From the NCBI GenBank assembly GCA_900550135.1, contig URQO01000005.1:925-64924 (forward strand): a DNA stretch of 64,000 bases, written 5' to 3'. Shown here piece after piece: positions 38,854-49,081 of the stretch (its first letter is position 1; every line of letters starts with the position of its first letter). Source of the DNA: an uncultured Eubacterium sp. (lineage in GTDB: Bacteria > Bacillota > Clostridia > Lachnospirales > Lachnospiraceae). The position numbers and the translations under genes were made by a program. The notes under the pieces were generated by a model. That model did no database searches, was not told the DNA's origin, and worked only from the letters and a program-made list of their open reading frames with translations.

Positions 38854-39864
38854 TTAGTTCCATTCTAAATCACTGAATTCGTTAGTTTGTTCTCTTTCCA
38901 TCAATTCCCACATGGCTTCCTGTGCTGATTTATCTTCAAATAAAACTCTGTTTACAGCCTCAACAATAGGCATGTCCACATCATATTTCTTTGCAAGTTC
39001 AAAAGCTGCCTTTGCAGAAACTGCACCTTCTACAACCATTTTCACCTCAGCAACAGCCTGATCTAAAGTATAACCTTTTCCAATTAAAACACCGGCTCTT
39101 CTGTTTCTTGAATGTTTGCTGTTACATGTAACAATCAAATCACCAATTCCGGACAATCCATTGAATGTACGTGAGTGTCCTCCCATTTTTACACCAAGAG
39201 CTGTAATTTCCTTAATTCCTCTTGTAATAAGAGCAGCCTCAGTATTGTCACCAAATCCAAGTCCGTCAATAATACCTGCAGCAAGTGCAATAACATTTTT
39301 AAGTGCACCACCAAGTTCAATACTCTTTCTGTCAGGACTAATATATGTTCTAAAATATTTGCTTCCAAACAGGGACTGAACTTTCTGTGCTACTTCTTTT
39401 TTCTTTGCCCCAACAACAACTGTAGTTGGTATTTTTCTTGCAACTTCTTCTGCGTGACTTGGACCGGATAAAACAACAGCTTCGCATGTTGGAATTTCAT
39501 CTTCCATAATGTCTGTCATTGTAAAGAAAGTCTTATCTTCTATACCTTTTGCAACATCTACAATAATCTGACCTTTAGGAACTAAATCCTTTAAACGGGC
39601 AGATGTACTTCTTACAAATGATGAAGCAACAGCCATTACTATCATCTCAGAGCCTTTAACAGCATATTCCAAATCTCCTGAGATTTCAATTTTTTCAGGA
39701 ATATGAATACCCGGCAGGCAAATTTTATTTTCCCTTTCCTCGCTTAACGCTTTAACTTCCTTCTCAAGGGCTGACCATAATGTAACATTATGACCGTTTT
39801 CATATAATACTTTTGCTAAGGCAATAGCCCATCCTCCACCGCCTAATACTGTTACTTTTGACAT
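38854..39864 (-). CDS. gpsA: NAD(P)H-dependent glycerol-3-phosphate dehydrogenase
   Basis: LSGPSHAEEV, GALKNVIA, GIGDLIVTC, SRNRRAG. Confidence 0.96.
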   Translation of the reverse strand: MSKVTVLGGGGWAIALAKVLYENGHNVTLWSALEKEVKALSEERENKICLPGIHIPEKIEISGDLEYAVKGSEMIVMAVASSFVRSTSARLKDLVPKGQIIVDVAKGIEDKTFFTMTDIMEDEIPTCEAVVLSGPSHAEEVARKIPTTVVVGAKKKEVAQKVQSLFGSKYFRTYISPDRKSIELGGALKNVIALAAGIIDGLGFGDNTEAALITRGIKEITALGVKMGGHSRTFNGLSGIGDLIVTCNSKHSRNRRAGVLIGKGYTLDQAVAEVKMVVEGAVSAKAAFELAKKYDVDMPIVEAVNRVLFEDKSAQEAMWELMEREQTNEFSDLEWN

Positions 39865-39865
39865 A

Positions 39866-40525
39866 TTATGCCTCCTTTTTCTGACCAATTCTTCTTTCCG
39901 TGCCATCGATCAGTCTTTTAATATTATCTTTATGTCGTATATATGACAAAACTGTCATAATTCCAACTAAAATGTACGCTTCTATTTTTTCGTTTGGATT
40001 AAGATTATGAACCATACCAAGCTGACCCCAAACAATCATTTCTATAAAGAACCCTGTCATAAGACAAAGAGAACTAAATGAAACGTATTTTGTTAATGCT
40101 AAAGCAATAAAAAATGTAAAAAAGCCTAAAGCTAAAAACTTCCAGTCAAAAAATGCCAGAGAAAAAATTACTCCTGATGAAGTTGCTATACCTTTTCCAC
40201 CTTTAAAATGCATATAAATTGGAAAGTTATGTCCAAGTATTGTACCAAGACCTGTATAAAGTGCTATAACCATCATATCCTTTTCGCATGAACTTTTAAA
40301 CAAAAAATAAGTTAACATCACTGCAAAAACAGCCTTTAGTGCATCTCCAAAAAATGTAATAAAACCATATTTTTTTCCAAGTGTACGCATAGTGTTAGTT
40401 GTACCTGAGTTTCCACTACCATACTCTCTTATATCAATGTGATTAATCTTTCCTATAATAAAACCGGTTTGTATAAGACCAAAACAATATCCGATAATTA
40501 TACATACAATTTTTTGCCAAACCAT
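39866..40525 (-). CDS. plsY: Glycerol-3-phosphate acyltransferase PlsY
   Basis: DIREYGSGNSGTTN, GHNFP, FKGGKGIAT, RHKDNIKRL. Confidence 0.95.
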   Translation of the reverse strand: MVWQKIVCIIIGYCFGLIQTGFIIGKINHIDIREYGSGNSGTTNTMRTLGKKYGFITFFGDALKAVFAVMLTYFLFKSSCEKDMMVIALYTGLGTILGHNFPIYMHFKGGKGIATSSGVIFSLAFFDWKFLALGFFTFFIALALTKYVSFSSLCLMTGFFIEMIVWGQLGMVHNLNPNEKIEAYILVGIMTVLSYIRHKDNIKRLIDGTERRIGQKKEA

Positions 40526-40546
40526 ATATATCACCTCTTATTAAAA

Positions 40547-41869
40547 TTATTTGTCGTTTCTTTCACGAATAATAAATCGCAATGGCGTCCCTCTAAAGCC
40601 AAATGCTTCTCTTATACGATTTTCAATGTATCTTGTATAAGAAAAATGCATCAACTCCTTGTCGTTTACAAAAATAACAAATGTAGGCGGCTTTACCGAC
40701 ACCTGAGTAATATAGTAAAGTCTTAAACGTTTACCCTTATCTGATGGTGGTTGCTGCATTGCAACAGCCTCTGCCATTATTTCATTAACAACACCTGTTT
40801 CAATTCTTAGCGAATGATTTTCAATAACCATATCAATCATTTCAAAAAGTTTTGGCAACCTCTGACCTGTTTTTGCAGAAATGAACATAATCTCTGCATA
40901 CTGCATAAAGGATAAAACCTGTCTGACTTTATTCTTGTATTCATATACAGTTTTGTCATTCTTTTCAATGGCATCCCATTTGTTTACGGCAATAATAATT
41001 CCCTTACCATTTTCATGGGCAATACCTGCAATCTTTGCATCCTGCTCTGTTACACCTTCTGTTGCATCAATTACAATAACAACTACATCTGCTCTTTCAA
41101 CAGCTGTAACCGTTCTGATAACACTGTATCTTTCTATTTCTTCTTTTACTTTTGATTTTCTTCTAATACCTGCCGTATCTATGAAAACATATTCTTTTCC
41201 ATTGTATTTCACATCTGTATCAATAGCATCTCGTGTTGTTCCTGCAATATTTGATACAATCACACGACTCTGTCCCGTTAACTTGTTAATAATAGATGAT
41301 TTTCCAACATTTGGCTTTCCAACAATAGCAACTTTAGGTCTTTCGTCTTCTTCCTCTTCTAAATTAAGAGAATGGAAATGTTCAACCACCTTATCAAGCA
41401 TATCTCCTAAGCCACTTTTTTGAGATGCAGAAATAGGTACAGGATCACCAATACCTAAATTATAAAACTCATAGACATCTGCCATCATTCTATTAAAGTT
41501 ATCTACTTTATTTACAACTAAAATAACCGGTTTTCTGCTTCGTCTTAACATATCTGCTACTTTTGCATCAGCATCTATCAAACCTTGTTTAACATCTGTC
41601 ATAAATATAATAACATCAGCAGTATCAATAGCAATCTGTGCCTGTTCTCTCATTTGAGACAAAATAATATCATTACTGTCAGGTTCAATACCACCTGTAT
41701 CTATCATTGTAAAATTATAATTAAGCCAATCAATATCAGCATATATTCTATCTCTTGTAACACCGGGAGTATCTTTTACTATAGATATTTTTTCTCCTGC
41801 TAATGCATTAAATAATGTTGATTTTCCAACATTCGGTCTGCCTACTATGGCAACAATTGGTTTACTCAT
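40547..41869 (-). CDS. der: Ribosome biogenesis GTPase Der/EngA
   Basis: Two G domains ([16 protein letters not shown]), DTGG/DTAG, NKVD/NKWD. Confidence 0.98.
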   Translation of the reverse strand: MSKPIVAIVGRPNVGKSTLFNALAGEKISIVKDTPGVTRDRIYADIDWLNYNFTMIDTGGIEPDSNDIILSQMREQAQIAIDTADVIIFMTDVKQGLIDADAKVADMLRRSRKPVILVVNKVDNFNRMMADVYEFYNLGIGDPVPISASQKSGLGDMLDKVVEHFHSLNLEEEEDERPKVAIVGKPNVGKSSIINKLTGQSRVIVSNIAGTTRDAIDTDVKYNGKEYVFIDTAGIRRKSKVKEEIERYSVIRTVTAVERADVVVIVIDATEGVTEQDAKIAGIAHENGKGIIIAVNKWDAIEKNDKTVYEYKNKVRQVLSFMQYAEIMFISAKTGQRLPKLFEMIDMVIENHSLRIETGVVNEIMAEAVAMQQPPSDKGKRLRLYYITQVSVKPPTFVIFVNDKELMHFSYTRYIENRIREAFGFRGTPLRFIIRERNDK

Positions 41870-41904
41870 ATTTTTTACCTCACTGTTAGATTTTACAATA
41901 TCAG

Positions 41905-41933
41905 TTTATATTTGTAAATTTTATATTTGTAAA
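41905..41933. repeat. Short 15-bp-period direct repeat upstream of der
   Basis: TTTATATTTGTAAA at 41905 and 41920. Confidence 0.6.
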
Positions 41934-41937
41934 ATTT

Positions 41938-42786
41938 TTATTTCAATTCTAAAAAGGCTGCTAAATTTCCTCTTTTACCTTTAGAAGCTCTATGTGAAAA
42001 CATAACACTTTCATTGCAACATGTACAAATATCAGGCATATGTATGTTTTCGTCCAAAACACCTGCATCTTTAAAAATCAGTTTGTTGCACATCCATAAA
42101 TCAAGTAAATACTTGTCATTTGATTTTTCAATTAAAATCCGGTCTATGTTGTTTGGAAAAGCTTTAATAAACTCATCTGCCACGTCCTTACTTATTTCAT
42201 AGCAACTCTGACAAATAGATGGTCCAATACATGCTATAACATCTTTTGGATTGGTACCATATAGATTTATCATCTTTTCTATGGTAACTTTTCCCATTTT
42301 AGCAACTGTACCACGCCATCCTGAATGAGACAGCCCGATGGCCTTGTTTTTTGTATCAACTATAAATAATGGCACACAGTCAGCAAAATATGTTGCAAGA
42401 ACTATATTTTTTTCATTTGTTATAAGACCGTCAATATTATCATAATCTCTTTCAAAATAAACACCTTTTCCTCTGTCACTTTTAGAGGCAATTTTCACAT
42501 TTGTAGTATGCGTCTGTTTTGCTGCAACAATGTTGTGAGCATCAAAGCCTATTGCACCTGCTATTAATTCATGATTTTTAATAACATTTTCTACACTGTC
42601 ACCACGACCACTTCCCAAATTCATGGAGCTTAAATAGTCTGTGCTTATACCACCCATTCTTGTAGAAAAGCCATGTGTAAGCCACGGAATATTTTCAAGT
42701 GCTTTATATGAAATGTATGGAATATTATTTTTCCACTTAATTGTAGTGGAATTATGATTGTTTTTGTTTAAACCAATTATATTCAT
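41938..42786 (-). CDS. pgeF: Peptidoglycan editing factor PgeF (YfiH/FAMIN family)
   Basis: HGFSTRMGG, QTH, ADCVP, HSGWRG, IGPSI, CTCC..FSHR. Confidence 0.9.
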   Translation of the reverse strand: MNIIGLNKNNHNSTTIKWKNNIPYISYKALENIPWLTHGFSTRMGGISTDYLSSMNLGSGRGDSVENVIKNHELIAGAIGFDAHNIVAAKQTHTTNVKIASKSDRGKGVYFERDYDNIDGLITNEKNIVLATYFADCVPLFIVDTKNKAIGLSHSGWRGTVAKMGKVTIEKMINLYGTNPKDVIACIGPSICQSCYEISKDVADEFIKAFPNNIDRILIEKSNDKYLLDLWMCNKLIFKDAGVLDENIHMPDICTCCNESVMFSHRASKGKRGNLAAFLELK

Positions 42787-43136
42787 TATATTTCTCCAAA
42801 ACAATTTTCTAAATATATTATTTCACTGTCTGTTATGGAAATCACATCAAAACTACATTGACTGTTTTGGTATTTTGCATTTAAATTTAAATACCACATC
42901 GCAGTTTTAATTATTTTTCTCTGTTTTGATTTGGTTACAGCCTCATAAGGCTCGCCAAAGCTATTGTTCTTACGGTATTTCACTTCAATAAACCTAAGTA
43001 TTTCATCTTTTATGGCAATGATGTCTATTTCTCCAAGTCTACATCTGTAATTTGTATCTATTATACAAAATCCATTTTTCAAAAGGTAGTTCATTGCCCT
43101 TTGTTCATATAAACCGCCAACAATTCTTTTATCCAT
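42786..43136 (-). CDS. YraN (UPF0102) family protein
   Basis: NYRCRLGEIDIIA, FIEVKYR, EAVTKSKQ, FDVI. Confidence 0.9.
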   Translation of the reverse strand: MDKRIVGGLYEQRAMNYLLKNGFCIIDTNYRCRLGEIDIIAIKDEILRFIEVKYRKNNSFGEPYEAVTKSKQRKIIKTAMWYLNLNAKYQNSQCSFDVISITDSEIIYLENCFGEI

Positions 43137-43251
43137 ATTCCCCCTTTTCTTTCATTCAAAACTTATAAATATTAATTTATTGCATTTTTTAATATTTTTT
43201 CTAAATATTAATCATTATTTTATTTTAAACTTTTTTATATACATTATTATC

Positions 43252-44010
43252 TTAAACAAAATGTGTTATAAATGTCTTTCTATGTATTGAACATGGGCCA
43301 AATTCCTTTAATGCATTGATATGTTCTTTTGAACCATATCCTTTGTTTGATGCAAAGCCATATTGTGGAAATATTTTATCATATTCTACCATCATATTGT
43401 CCCTTGTAACCTTTGCAATAATGCTGGCAGCTCCAATGGAAATACTTTTGGCATCACCTTTTATGATAGGAACCTGTTTTTGTGTAATTCCAGGTATATT
43501 TACTGCATCATTTAACAAAAGATCAGGTGAGGGGTCAAGCAAACCAATGGCCTGTCTCATTGCCTCATATGTAGCCTGAAGAATGTTTATTTCATCAATT
43601 CTTTCAGGAGAAACCATAGCTGTTTTTGCACTAACAGCTTTTTCCATAATAACGTCAAACAGTTTCTCTCTTTTTGATGCAGAAAGTTTTTTTGAGTCAT
43701 TAATATACAAAATATTGCAGTCTTTTGGTAAAATAACTGCACCTGCAACAACAGGACCTGCCAAAGGTCCTCTTCCTACCTCATCGATTCCACATATAAA
43801 CTGATAATCGGCATATTTTCTTTCAAAAAATTGTAATTCATATGTTCGCTTTATTTCCAACTGATACTTTTCAAAGTCTTTATTTGCTTTTTGAACAATC
43901 TTTTGAACACCACTTCGCTGATCCATGGCATATTCTTTTGCAAAATCAAGATAATTTGTTATATCCAGATTATTTAATTCATTTTTGATATCACTTATAC
44001 TTTTACTCAT
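43252..44010 (-). CDS. rnhB: Ribonuclease HII
   Basis: GIDEVGRGPLAGPV, DSKKL, KGDAKS, AASIIAKVTRD, KGYG. Confidence 0.97.
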   Translation of the reverse strand: MSKSISDIKNELNNLDITNYLDFAKEYAMDQRSGVQKIVQKANKDFEKYQLEIKRTYELQFFERKYADYQFICGIDEVGRGPLAGPVVAGAVILPKDCNILYINDSKKLSASKREKLFDVIMEKAVSAKTAMVSPERIDEINILQATYEAMRQAIGLLDPSPDLLLNDAVNIPGITQKQVPIIKGDAKSISIGAASIIAKVTRDNMMVEYDKIFPQYGFASNKGYGSKEHINALKEFGPCSIHRKTFITHFV

Positions 44011-44018
44011 AATTAACC

Positions 44019-44855
44019 TTATCTGTCTATAGAAATTCTTCCAAGTTTACCACTTCTGAAATCATCTAAAATAATACCACTTGTTTTATCCAAATCAGGT
44101 TGATTGCCCTTTAATTTACAACCACGCTTTTCAGCTACCTGATACATAACCTGTAAAGGATCCTTGTCACCTTCTATAGAATATCTATCTTTAATGGCAT
44201 TAGGATACAAATCTGCCAGTAATTTTATAAGTTGATATGCCAATTCCTGCACATCTAAAATATTATCATTCATTGAACCGATAAATGCCAGATGCATACC
44301 TGTTAGCTGGTCGTCAAACTTTGGCCACAAAACTCCCGGAGTATCAAGAAGTTCTAGATTTTTATTTAATCTAATCCACTGTTTTCCCTTTGTAACACCT
44401 GGCTTATTGCCTGTTTTGGCACAGTTTTTGCCGGCGTAAGCGTTTATAAATGTGGATTTTCCAACATTTGGTATACCAACTACCATGGCTCTAATAGGTC
44501 TGTTTATAATACCACGCTTTTTGTTTCTTTCAATTTTCTCTTTACAGGCAATATTTACAGCATTGTTTATTTCTTTTATTCCCTGTTTATTTTTTGAATT
44601 TATCTTTAAAGCAACAATACCTTTTTCTTTAAAATATTCTATCCATTTATTATTTTCAGCCTCATCAGCCAAATCTGACTTGTTTAAAAGTACTAGTCTT
44701 GCCTTGTTTTGGCCTAAATTGTCAATTTCAGGATTTCTACTACTTAAAGGGATTCTTGCATCTAACAGTTCAATAACCAAATCTATTAATTTAATATCTT
44801 CTTTCATCTGGCGCATAGCTTTTGTCATATGCCCAGGAAACCACTGATAATCCAT
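44019..44855 (-). CDS. rbgA: Ribosome biogenesis GTPase RbgA/YlqF
   Basis: QWFPGHM, DARIPLSSRNP, GIPNVGKS, PGVTK, DTPG. Confidence 0.96.
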   Translation of the reverse strand: MDYQWFPGHMTKAMRQMKEDIKLIDLVIELLDARIPLSSRNPEIDNLGQNKARLVLLNKSDLADEAENNKWIEYFKEKGIVALKINSKNKQGIKEINNAVNIACKEKIERNKKRGIINRPIRAMVVGIPNVGKSTFINAYAGKNCAKTGNKPGVTKGKQWIRLNKNLELLDTPGVLWPKFDDQLTGMHLAFIGSMNDNILDVQELAYQLIKLLADLYPNAIKDRYSIEGDKDPLQVMYQVAEKRGCKLKGNQPDLDKTSGIILDDFRSGKLGRISIDR

Positions 44856-44959
44856 ATTTCCTCCTGCCTTTTTTATTGTCATAACACCTGAATTTTAAGT
44901 TCTGCTTTCCTAAAAATTGTATAAACATAGATGTAATAAATTCCTATGGTGCTGTAACA

Positions 44960-44990
44960 AAAAAGGAACGAGTAAAACCCGCTCCTTTTT
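44960..44990 (-). terminator. Intrinsic terminator after rplS
   Basis: AAAAAGGAGCGGGT-ttt-ACTCGTTCCTTTTTT. Confidence 0.85.
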
Positions 44991-45001
44991 GAAAGTAATA
45001 A

Positions 45002-45346
45002 TTATTTAACTAATTCTTTTACCTTAGCAGCCTTACCAACTCTGCTTCTGATGTAGTTAAGTTTAGCACGTCTTACTTTACCCTGTCTAACTACTTCAAT
45101 GTTTGCGATTGATGGTGAGTATAAAGGCCATGTTCTTTCAACGCCGATTCCGTTTGAATTCTTTCTTACTGTGAAAGTAGCTCTGTTGCTTCCACCCTGT
45201 TTTTTAATTACAAGTCCTTCAAAAACCTGAATTCTTTCTCTGTTTCCTTCTACAATCTTGGCATGAACCTTGATTGTGTCACCTACGTTAAAAGGTGTAA
45301 CTTCTTTAATCTGTGCTTGTTCAATTTCTTTGATTAATTCCTGCAT
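45002..45346 (-). CDS. rplS: 50S ribosomal protein L19
   Basis: [31 protein letters not shown]. Confidence 0.98.
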   Translation of the reverse strand: MQELIKEIEQAQIKEVTPFNVGDTIKVHAKIVEGNRERIQVFEGLVIKKQGGSNRATFTVRKNSNGIGVERTWPLYSPSIANIEVVRQGKVRRAKLNYIRSRVGKAAKVKELVK

Positions 45347-45365
45347 AACTTCCTCCTTATTTATT

Positions 45366-45404
45366 CCGATGTTCTTAATACATAATGTAACAGAGGACCA
45401 TCAT
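45366..45404 (-). ncRNA. L19 leader (cis-regulatory RNA)
   Basis: GATGGTCCTCTG-ttacattatgtatt-AAGAACATC resembles the Firmicute L19_leader (GATG.TCC.CTG...AAGA.CATC), just upstream of the rplS SD. Confidence 0.75.
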
Positions 45405-45441
45405 TTTTTATACAGCGTCTGTTATAATAACATAATTTCTT

Positions 45442-46170
45442 TTATTTATCAAGTGTTTTTATGAATTTTATGTCATCCTTTGTAAGATTGGCATCTTCCA
45501 TCAAATCAGGTCTTCTTTCTATGGTTCTGATAATAGATTGTTCTCTTCTCCATTGGTCTACTTTTGGATGATTTCCTGATAAAAGTATAGGTGGAACTTC
45601 CTTGCCCATAAATTCTGCCGGTCTTGTATACTGTGGGTATTCAAGTAAATTGTCATTAAATGACTCAAACTCAGCCGAATCATCATTGTTTAGAACTCCC
45701 GGTACAAGTCTTGAAATTGCATCTATCATAACCATAGAAGGTAACTCTCCACCTGTTAAAACATAATCTCCAATAGAAACATTGTCTGTAACAATCATTT
45801 CAAGAACACGTTCGTCAATACCTTCATAATGTCCACAAAGAAAAACTAAATCCTTTTCTTTTGAAAACTCTACTGCCATATGTTGATTAAATACTTTGCC
45901 CTGTGGTGTGAGATATACAACTCTTGGTTTGTAGCCAATCTGATTTACAACCGATTGATAACTGTCATAAACCGGTCCCGGTTGCATCACCATACCTGCC
46001 CCACCACCATAAGGATAATCATCTATATGACCGTATTTATTGTCTGAAAAATCTCTTATATTTATAGTATTAAGAGAAATAAGCCCATTTGATATTGCTC
46101 TTCCTGTAATACTTGTATTTACTCCCTGCTCAATCATTTCAGGAAAAAGAGTTAATACGTGAAAATTCAT
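45442..46170 (-). CDS. trmD: tRNA (guanine-N1)-methyltransferase
   Basis: TLFPEM, DDYPYGGGAGMV, CGHYEGIDER, IGDYVLTGGE. Confidence 0.98.
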   Translation of the reverse strand: MNFHVLTLFPEMIEQGVNTSITGRAISNGLISLNTINIRDFSDNKYGHIDDYPYGGGAGMVMQPGPVYDSYQSVVNQIGYKPRVVYLTPQGKVFNQHMAVEFSKEKDLVFLCGHYEGIDERVLEMIVTDNVSIGDYVLTGGELPSMVMIDAISRLVPGVLNNDDSAEFESFNDNLLEYPQYTRPAEFMGKEVPPILLSGNHPKVDQWRREQSIIRTIERRPDLMEDANLTKDDIKFIKTLDK

Positions 46171-46679
46171 TAATCTAACAATCCTTTCATTATGTGTACG
46201 GTAATCACTTTATTTTCTACATCTCTATCTAATATACATTGTTCTATAACCGGCAAAAGTACCTCTTTGTTGTCATTTGTTTTTACAACATAAACACCAT
46301 TGGCACCTGTTTCAAGAACATCTGTTAATTTTCCAAAGTCATCTCCCTGATCTGTGACTATTTTGCAGCCAATCAGGTCTCCAATAAAATATTCTCCATC
46401 TTCAAGAGGAATTGCATTGTCCCTTGTGACTAACAAATCCATTCCCTTGAACTGCAAAATATCATTGATATTGTCATATTCTTTAAATTTTAATATAACC
46501 ATATTTTTAAAGTATTTTACTCCTGATACATTTACATTGATATATTCTTTTCCTGTATCAATTATTGCTTCTTTTAAATAATCAAATCTTTTTATATCAT
46601 CTGTTGTTGGATAAACTTTTACTTCTCCCTTTATTCCGTGAGAATTTGTAATAACACCAACTCTTAAATATTCTTCCAT
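46170..46679 (-). CDS. rimM: 16S rRNA processing protein RimM
   Basis: HGIKGEVKV, EYFIGDLIG, TGANGVYVV, EVLLP; start ATG 46679. Confidence 0.95.
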   Translation of the reverse strand: MEEYLRVGVITNSHGIKGEVKVYPTTDDIKRFDYLKEAIIDTGKEYINVNVSGVKYFKNMVILKFKEYDNINDILQFKGMDLLVTRDNAIPLEDGEYFIGDLIGCKIVTDQGDDFGKLTDVLETGANGVYVVKTNDNKEVLLPVIEQCILDRDVENKVITVHIMKGLLD

Positions 46680-46701
46680 ATTTTTTCCTCTACATATAGT
46701 A

Positions 46702-46729
46702 AACAAGGCTGGATTTTTCCAGCCTTGTT
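46702..46729 (-). terminator. Intra-operon hairpin between khpA and rimM
   Basis: Perfect 12-bp stem AACAAGGCTGGA-aaaa-TCCAGCCTTGTT. Confidence 0.65.
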
Positions 46730-46748
46730 GCACTTGTATTAAAGTAAA

Positions 46749-46976
46749 CTATTTAATTTCTACTTTAACTTTTTTATCGCATTTTGAAGATGCAGCCTTT
46801 ACTACTGAACGGATAGCTTTTGCAATTCTTCCCTGCTTTCCAATAACTTTGCCCATATCATCCTGTGCAACATGTAAAGTAATAAGAATCTCTCTATCAC
46901 CATCAGTTTCTGTAACTACAACTTCATCTGGAGAGTCAACAAGTGCTTTTGCAATTGTTTCTACCAATTCTTTCAT
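46749..46976 (-). CDS. khpA: KH-domain RNA-binding protein KhpA (YlqC)
   Basis: DMGKVIGKQGRIAKAIR; between rpsP and rimM. Confidence 0.93.
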   Translation of the reverse strand: MKELVETIAKALVDSPDEVVVTETDGDREILITLHVAQDDMGKVIGKQGRIAKAIRSVVKAASSKCDKKVKVEIK

Positions 46977-46993
46977 GAATTTGCCCTCCGCTA

Positions 46994-47239
46994 TTATTTT
47001 TCAATACCAGCAATTTTTAAAAGCTTTCCAACTGTTTCTGTTGGCTGTGCTCCTGTTGCTAACCATTTCTTTGCAGCTTCTTCATTTACGTCAAACACGC
47101 TTGGTTCCTGATTTGGATCATAAGTACCGATTTCTTCGATGAATCTACCATCTCTAGGTGCTCTTGAATCAGCAACTACTATTCTGTAAATAGGATGTCT
47201 CTTCTTACCCATTCTTTTTAATCTCATCTTTACTGCCAT
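46994..47239 (-). CDS. rpsP: 30S ribosomal protein S16
   Basis: [37 protein letters not shown]. Confidence 0.98.
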   Translation of the reverse strand: MAVKMRLKRMGKKRHPIYRIVVADSRAPRDGRFIEEIGTYDPNQEPSVFDVNEEAAKKWLATGAQPTETVGKLLKIAGIEK

Positions 47240-47284
47240 TTTAAATGTACCTCCAAAAAATTTTCTTAAATTAAATATATATGT

Positions 47285-48634
47285 TTAAAAGCCAAAAGGC
47301 ATTTTAAATCCACCTCTACGTTTTCCTTTGCCGCCCATAAGTCCAGGCATATTCTTCATCATTTTCTTTGCTTGATCAAACTGTTTGACAAGTTTGTTTA
47401 CCTCACTGATGTCAACCCCTGCTCCCTTTGCAATACGTTGCTTTCTGGAAGGGTTAAGCAAGTCAGGATTGCCTCTTTCAGCCTTGGTCATTGAATAAAT
47501 AATAGCTTCAATCTTTCCAAGTTGCTTTTCATCAGGTAGCATGTCACTTTTAATCTGACCACCAACACCCGGTAGCATATTAAGAAGCGATGATAAACCA
47601 CCCATGTTTTTAATCTGACTCATTGACTCTAAATAATCGTCAAAAGTAAACTGAGCTTTCTTAAGTCTTTGCTCCATTTCTTTTGCCTTGTCCTGGTCAA
47701 TTGCCTGTTCTGCCTTTTCAATCAGTGACAAAACATCACCCATACCTAAAATACGGGAAGCCATTCTGTCAGGATGGAACTGTTCCAAATCAGAAAGTTT
47801 CTCACCCATACCAATATATAAAATAGGCTTTCCGGTAACTGCCTTTATTGATAATGCAGCACCACCTCTTGTATCACCGTCTAGCTTTGTAACAACGATA
47901 CCGTCAATTCCTATTTTTTCATTAAATTCTTTTGCAACATTTACTGCGTCCTGACCAGTCATGGCATCTACAACCAAAACAGTCTGGGTAATGTCAATAT
48001 TTTCACGTATTTCAACAAGTTCATTCATCATGTCTTCATCTACGTGTAAACGACCTGCCGTGTCTAAGATAACAACATTGTTTCCATTTTTCTTTGCATG
48101 CTCAATGGCTGCCTTTGCAATGTTTAAAGGCTTTTGCTTATCACCCATTGAAAATACAGGAACCTTCTGCTTTTCACCGTTGATTTTTAACTGTTCAATA
48201 GCTGCCGGTCTGTAAATATCACATGCAACAAGTAAAGGCTTTCTGCCTTTTTCCTTTAACTTTCCTGCAATCTTTGCAGTTGTTGTAGTTTTACCTGCAC
48301 CCTGAAGACCCATCATCATAATAACTGTAATCTGATCATTGCTTAACAACTTAAGTTCTGTTGTTTCAGAGCCCATCAGTGCAGTTAACTCTTCATTTAC
48401 AATCTTTATAACCATCTGTCCCGGTGTCAAGCTTGTAAGAACATCCTGACCTATGGCTCTTTCATTTACCTTTTTGGTAAAATCTTTTACTACTTTAAAG
48501 TTTACATCAGCCTCTAATAAAGCAATCTTTACTTCCTTTAAGGCTGCCTTTACATCATCTTCAGTAAGTCTGCCCTTACTTCTAAGATTTTTGAATATAT
48601 TTTGTAATTTATCGGATAAGCTTTCAAATGCCAA
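47285..48634 (-). CDS. ffh: Signal recognition particle protein Ffh
   Basis: GLQGAGKTTT, DTAGR, TKLDGDTRGG, M domain SRKQRIAKGAG. Confidence 0.98.
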   Translation of the reverse strand: MAFESLSDKLQNIFKNLRSKGRLTEDDVKAALKEVKIALLEADVNFKVVKDFTKKVNERAIGQDVLTSLTPGQMVIKIVNEELTALMGSETTELKLLSNDQITVIMMMGLQGAGKTTTTAKIAGKLKEKGRKPLLVACDIYRPAAIEQLKINGEKQKVPVFSMGDKQKPLNIAKAAIEHAKKNGNNVVILDTAGRLHVDEDMMNELVEIRENIDITQTVLVVDAMTGQDAVNVAKEFNEKIGIDGIVVTKLDGDTRGGAALSIKAVTGKPILYIGMGEKLSDLEQFHPDRMASRILGMGDVLSLIEKAEQAIDQDKAKEMEQRLKKAQFTFDDYLESMSQIKNMGGLSSLLNMLPGVGGQIKSDMLPDEKQLGKIEAIIYSMTKAERGNPDLLNPSRKQRIAKGAGVDISEVNKLVKQFDQAKKMMKNMPGLMGGKGKRRGGFKMPFGF

Positions 48635-48645
48635 AGCCCTACCTC

Positions 48646-48978
48646 CTAGTAATTATCTAAAATTTCCTGTGCAATCTCTTTAATCTGATGAATATTGTTT
48701 TCATCCTTGCTGTCTGCCAACCGGCAAATTGTTTCAACATCCTGTTTGGTTTTGGAAAATCGTTCAAGTAAATGTAACTTTTCTTCATAACCATTTAAGG
48801 TCTTGTCACATCTTTTTACCAAATCGTGAACACCTTGTCTTGATATTCCTCTTTCTTCTGCGATTTCTCCCAAACTTAAATCATTTAAAATAAAATCTTC
48901 ATATATTTCCTTTTGATGATTTGTTAATAATTCTCCATAAAAATCATATAATAAAGAACTTTTAAATATATCTTTCAT
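48646..48978 (-). CDS. ylxM: YlxM (UPF0122) HTH protein
   Basis: LYDFYGELLT, DLSLGEIAE, ISRQGVHD, YEEKL. Confidence 0.93.
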   Translation of the reverse strand: MKDIFKSSLLYDFYGELLTNHQKEIYEDFILNDLSLGEIAEERGISRQGVHDLVKRCDKTLNGYEEKLHLLERFSKTKQDVETICRLADSKDENNIHQIKEIAQEILDNY

Positions 48979-49004
48979 AAAACTGCACCTTACCTACCTT
49001 CGGT

Positions 49005-49033
49005 ATGATACACTAAAAGCAAAAAGGTGTCAA
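49005..49033 (-). promoter_or_regulatory. Sigma-A promoter of ylxM-ffh
   Basis: TTGACA-N17-TATCAT. Confidence 0.7.
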
Positions 49034-49055
49034 GTATTTTTTCTTGACACCTTTT
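49022..49055 (-). terminator. Palindrome/terminator after ilvA overlapping the ylxM -35
   Basis: AAAAGGTGTCAAG-N8-CTTGACACCTTTT. Confidence 0.7.
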
Positions 49056-49081
49056 AAAATTTATAATCAAATAATAATTTT

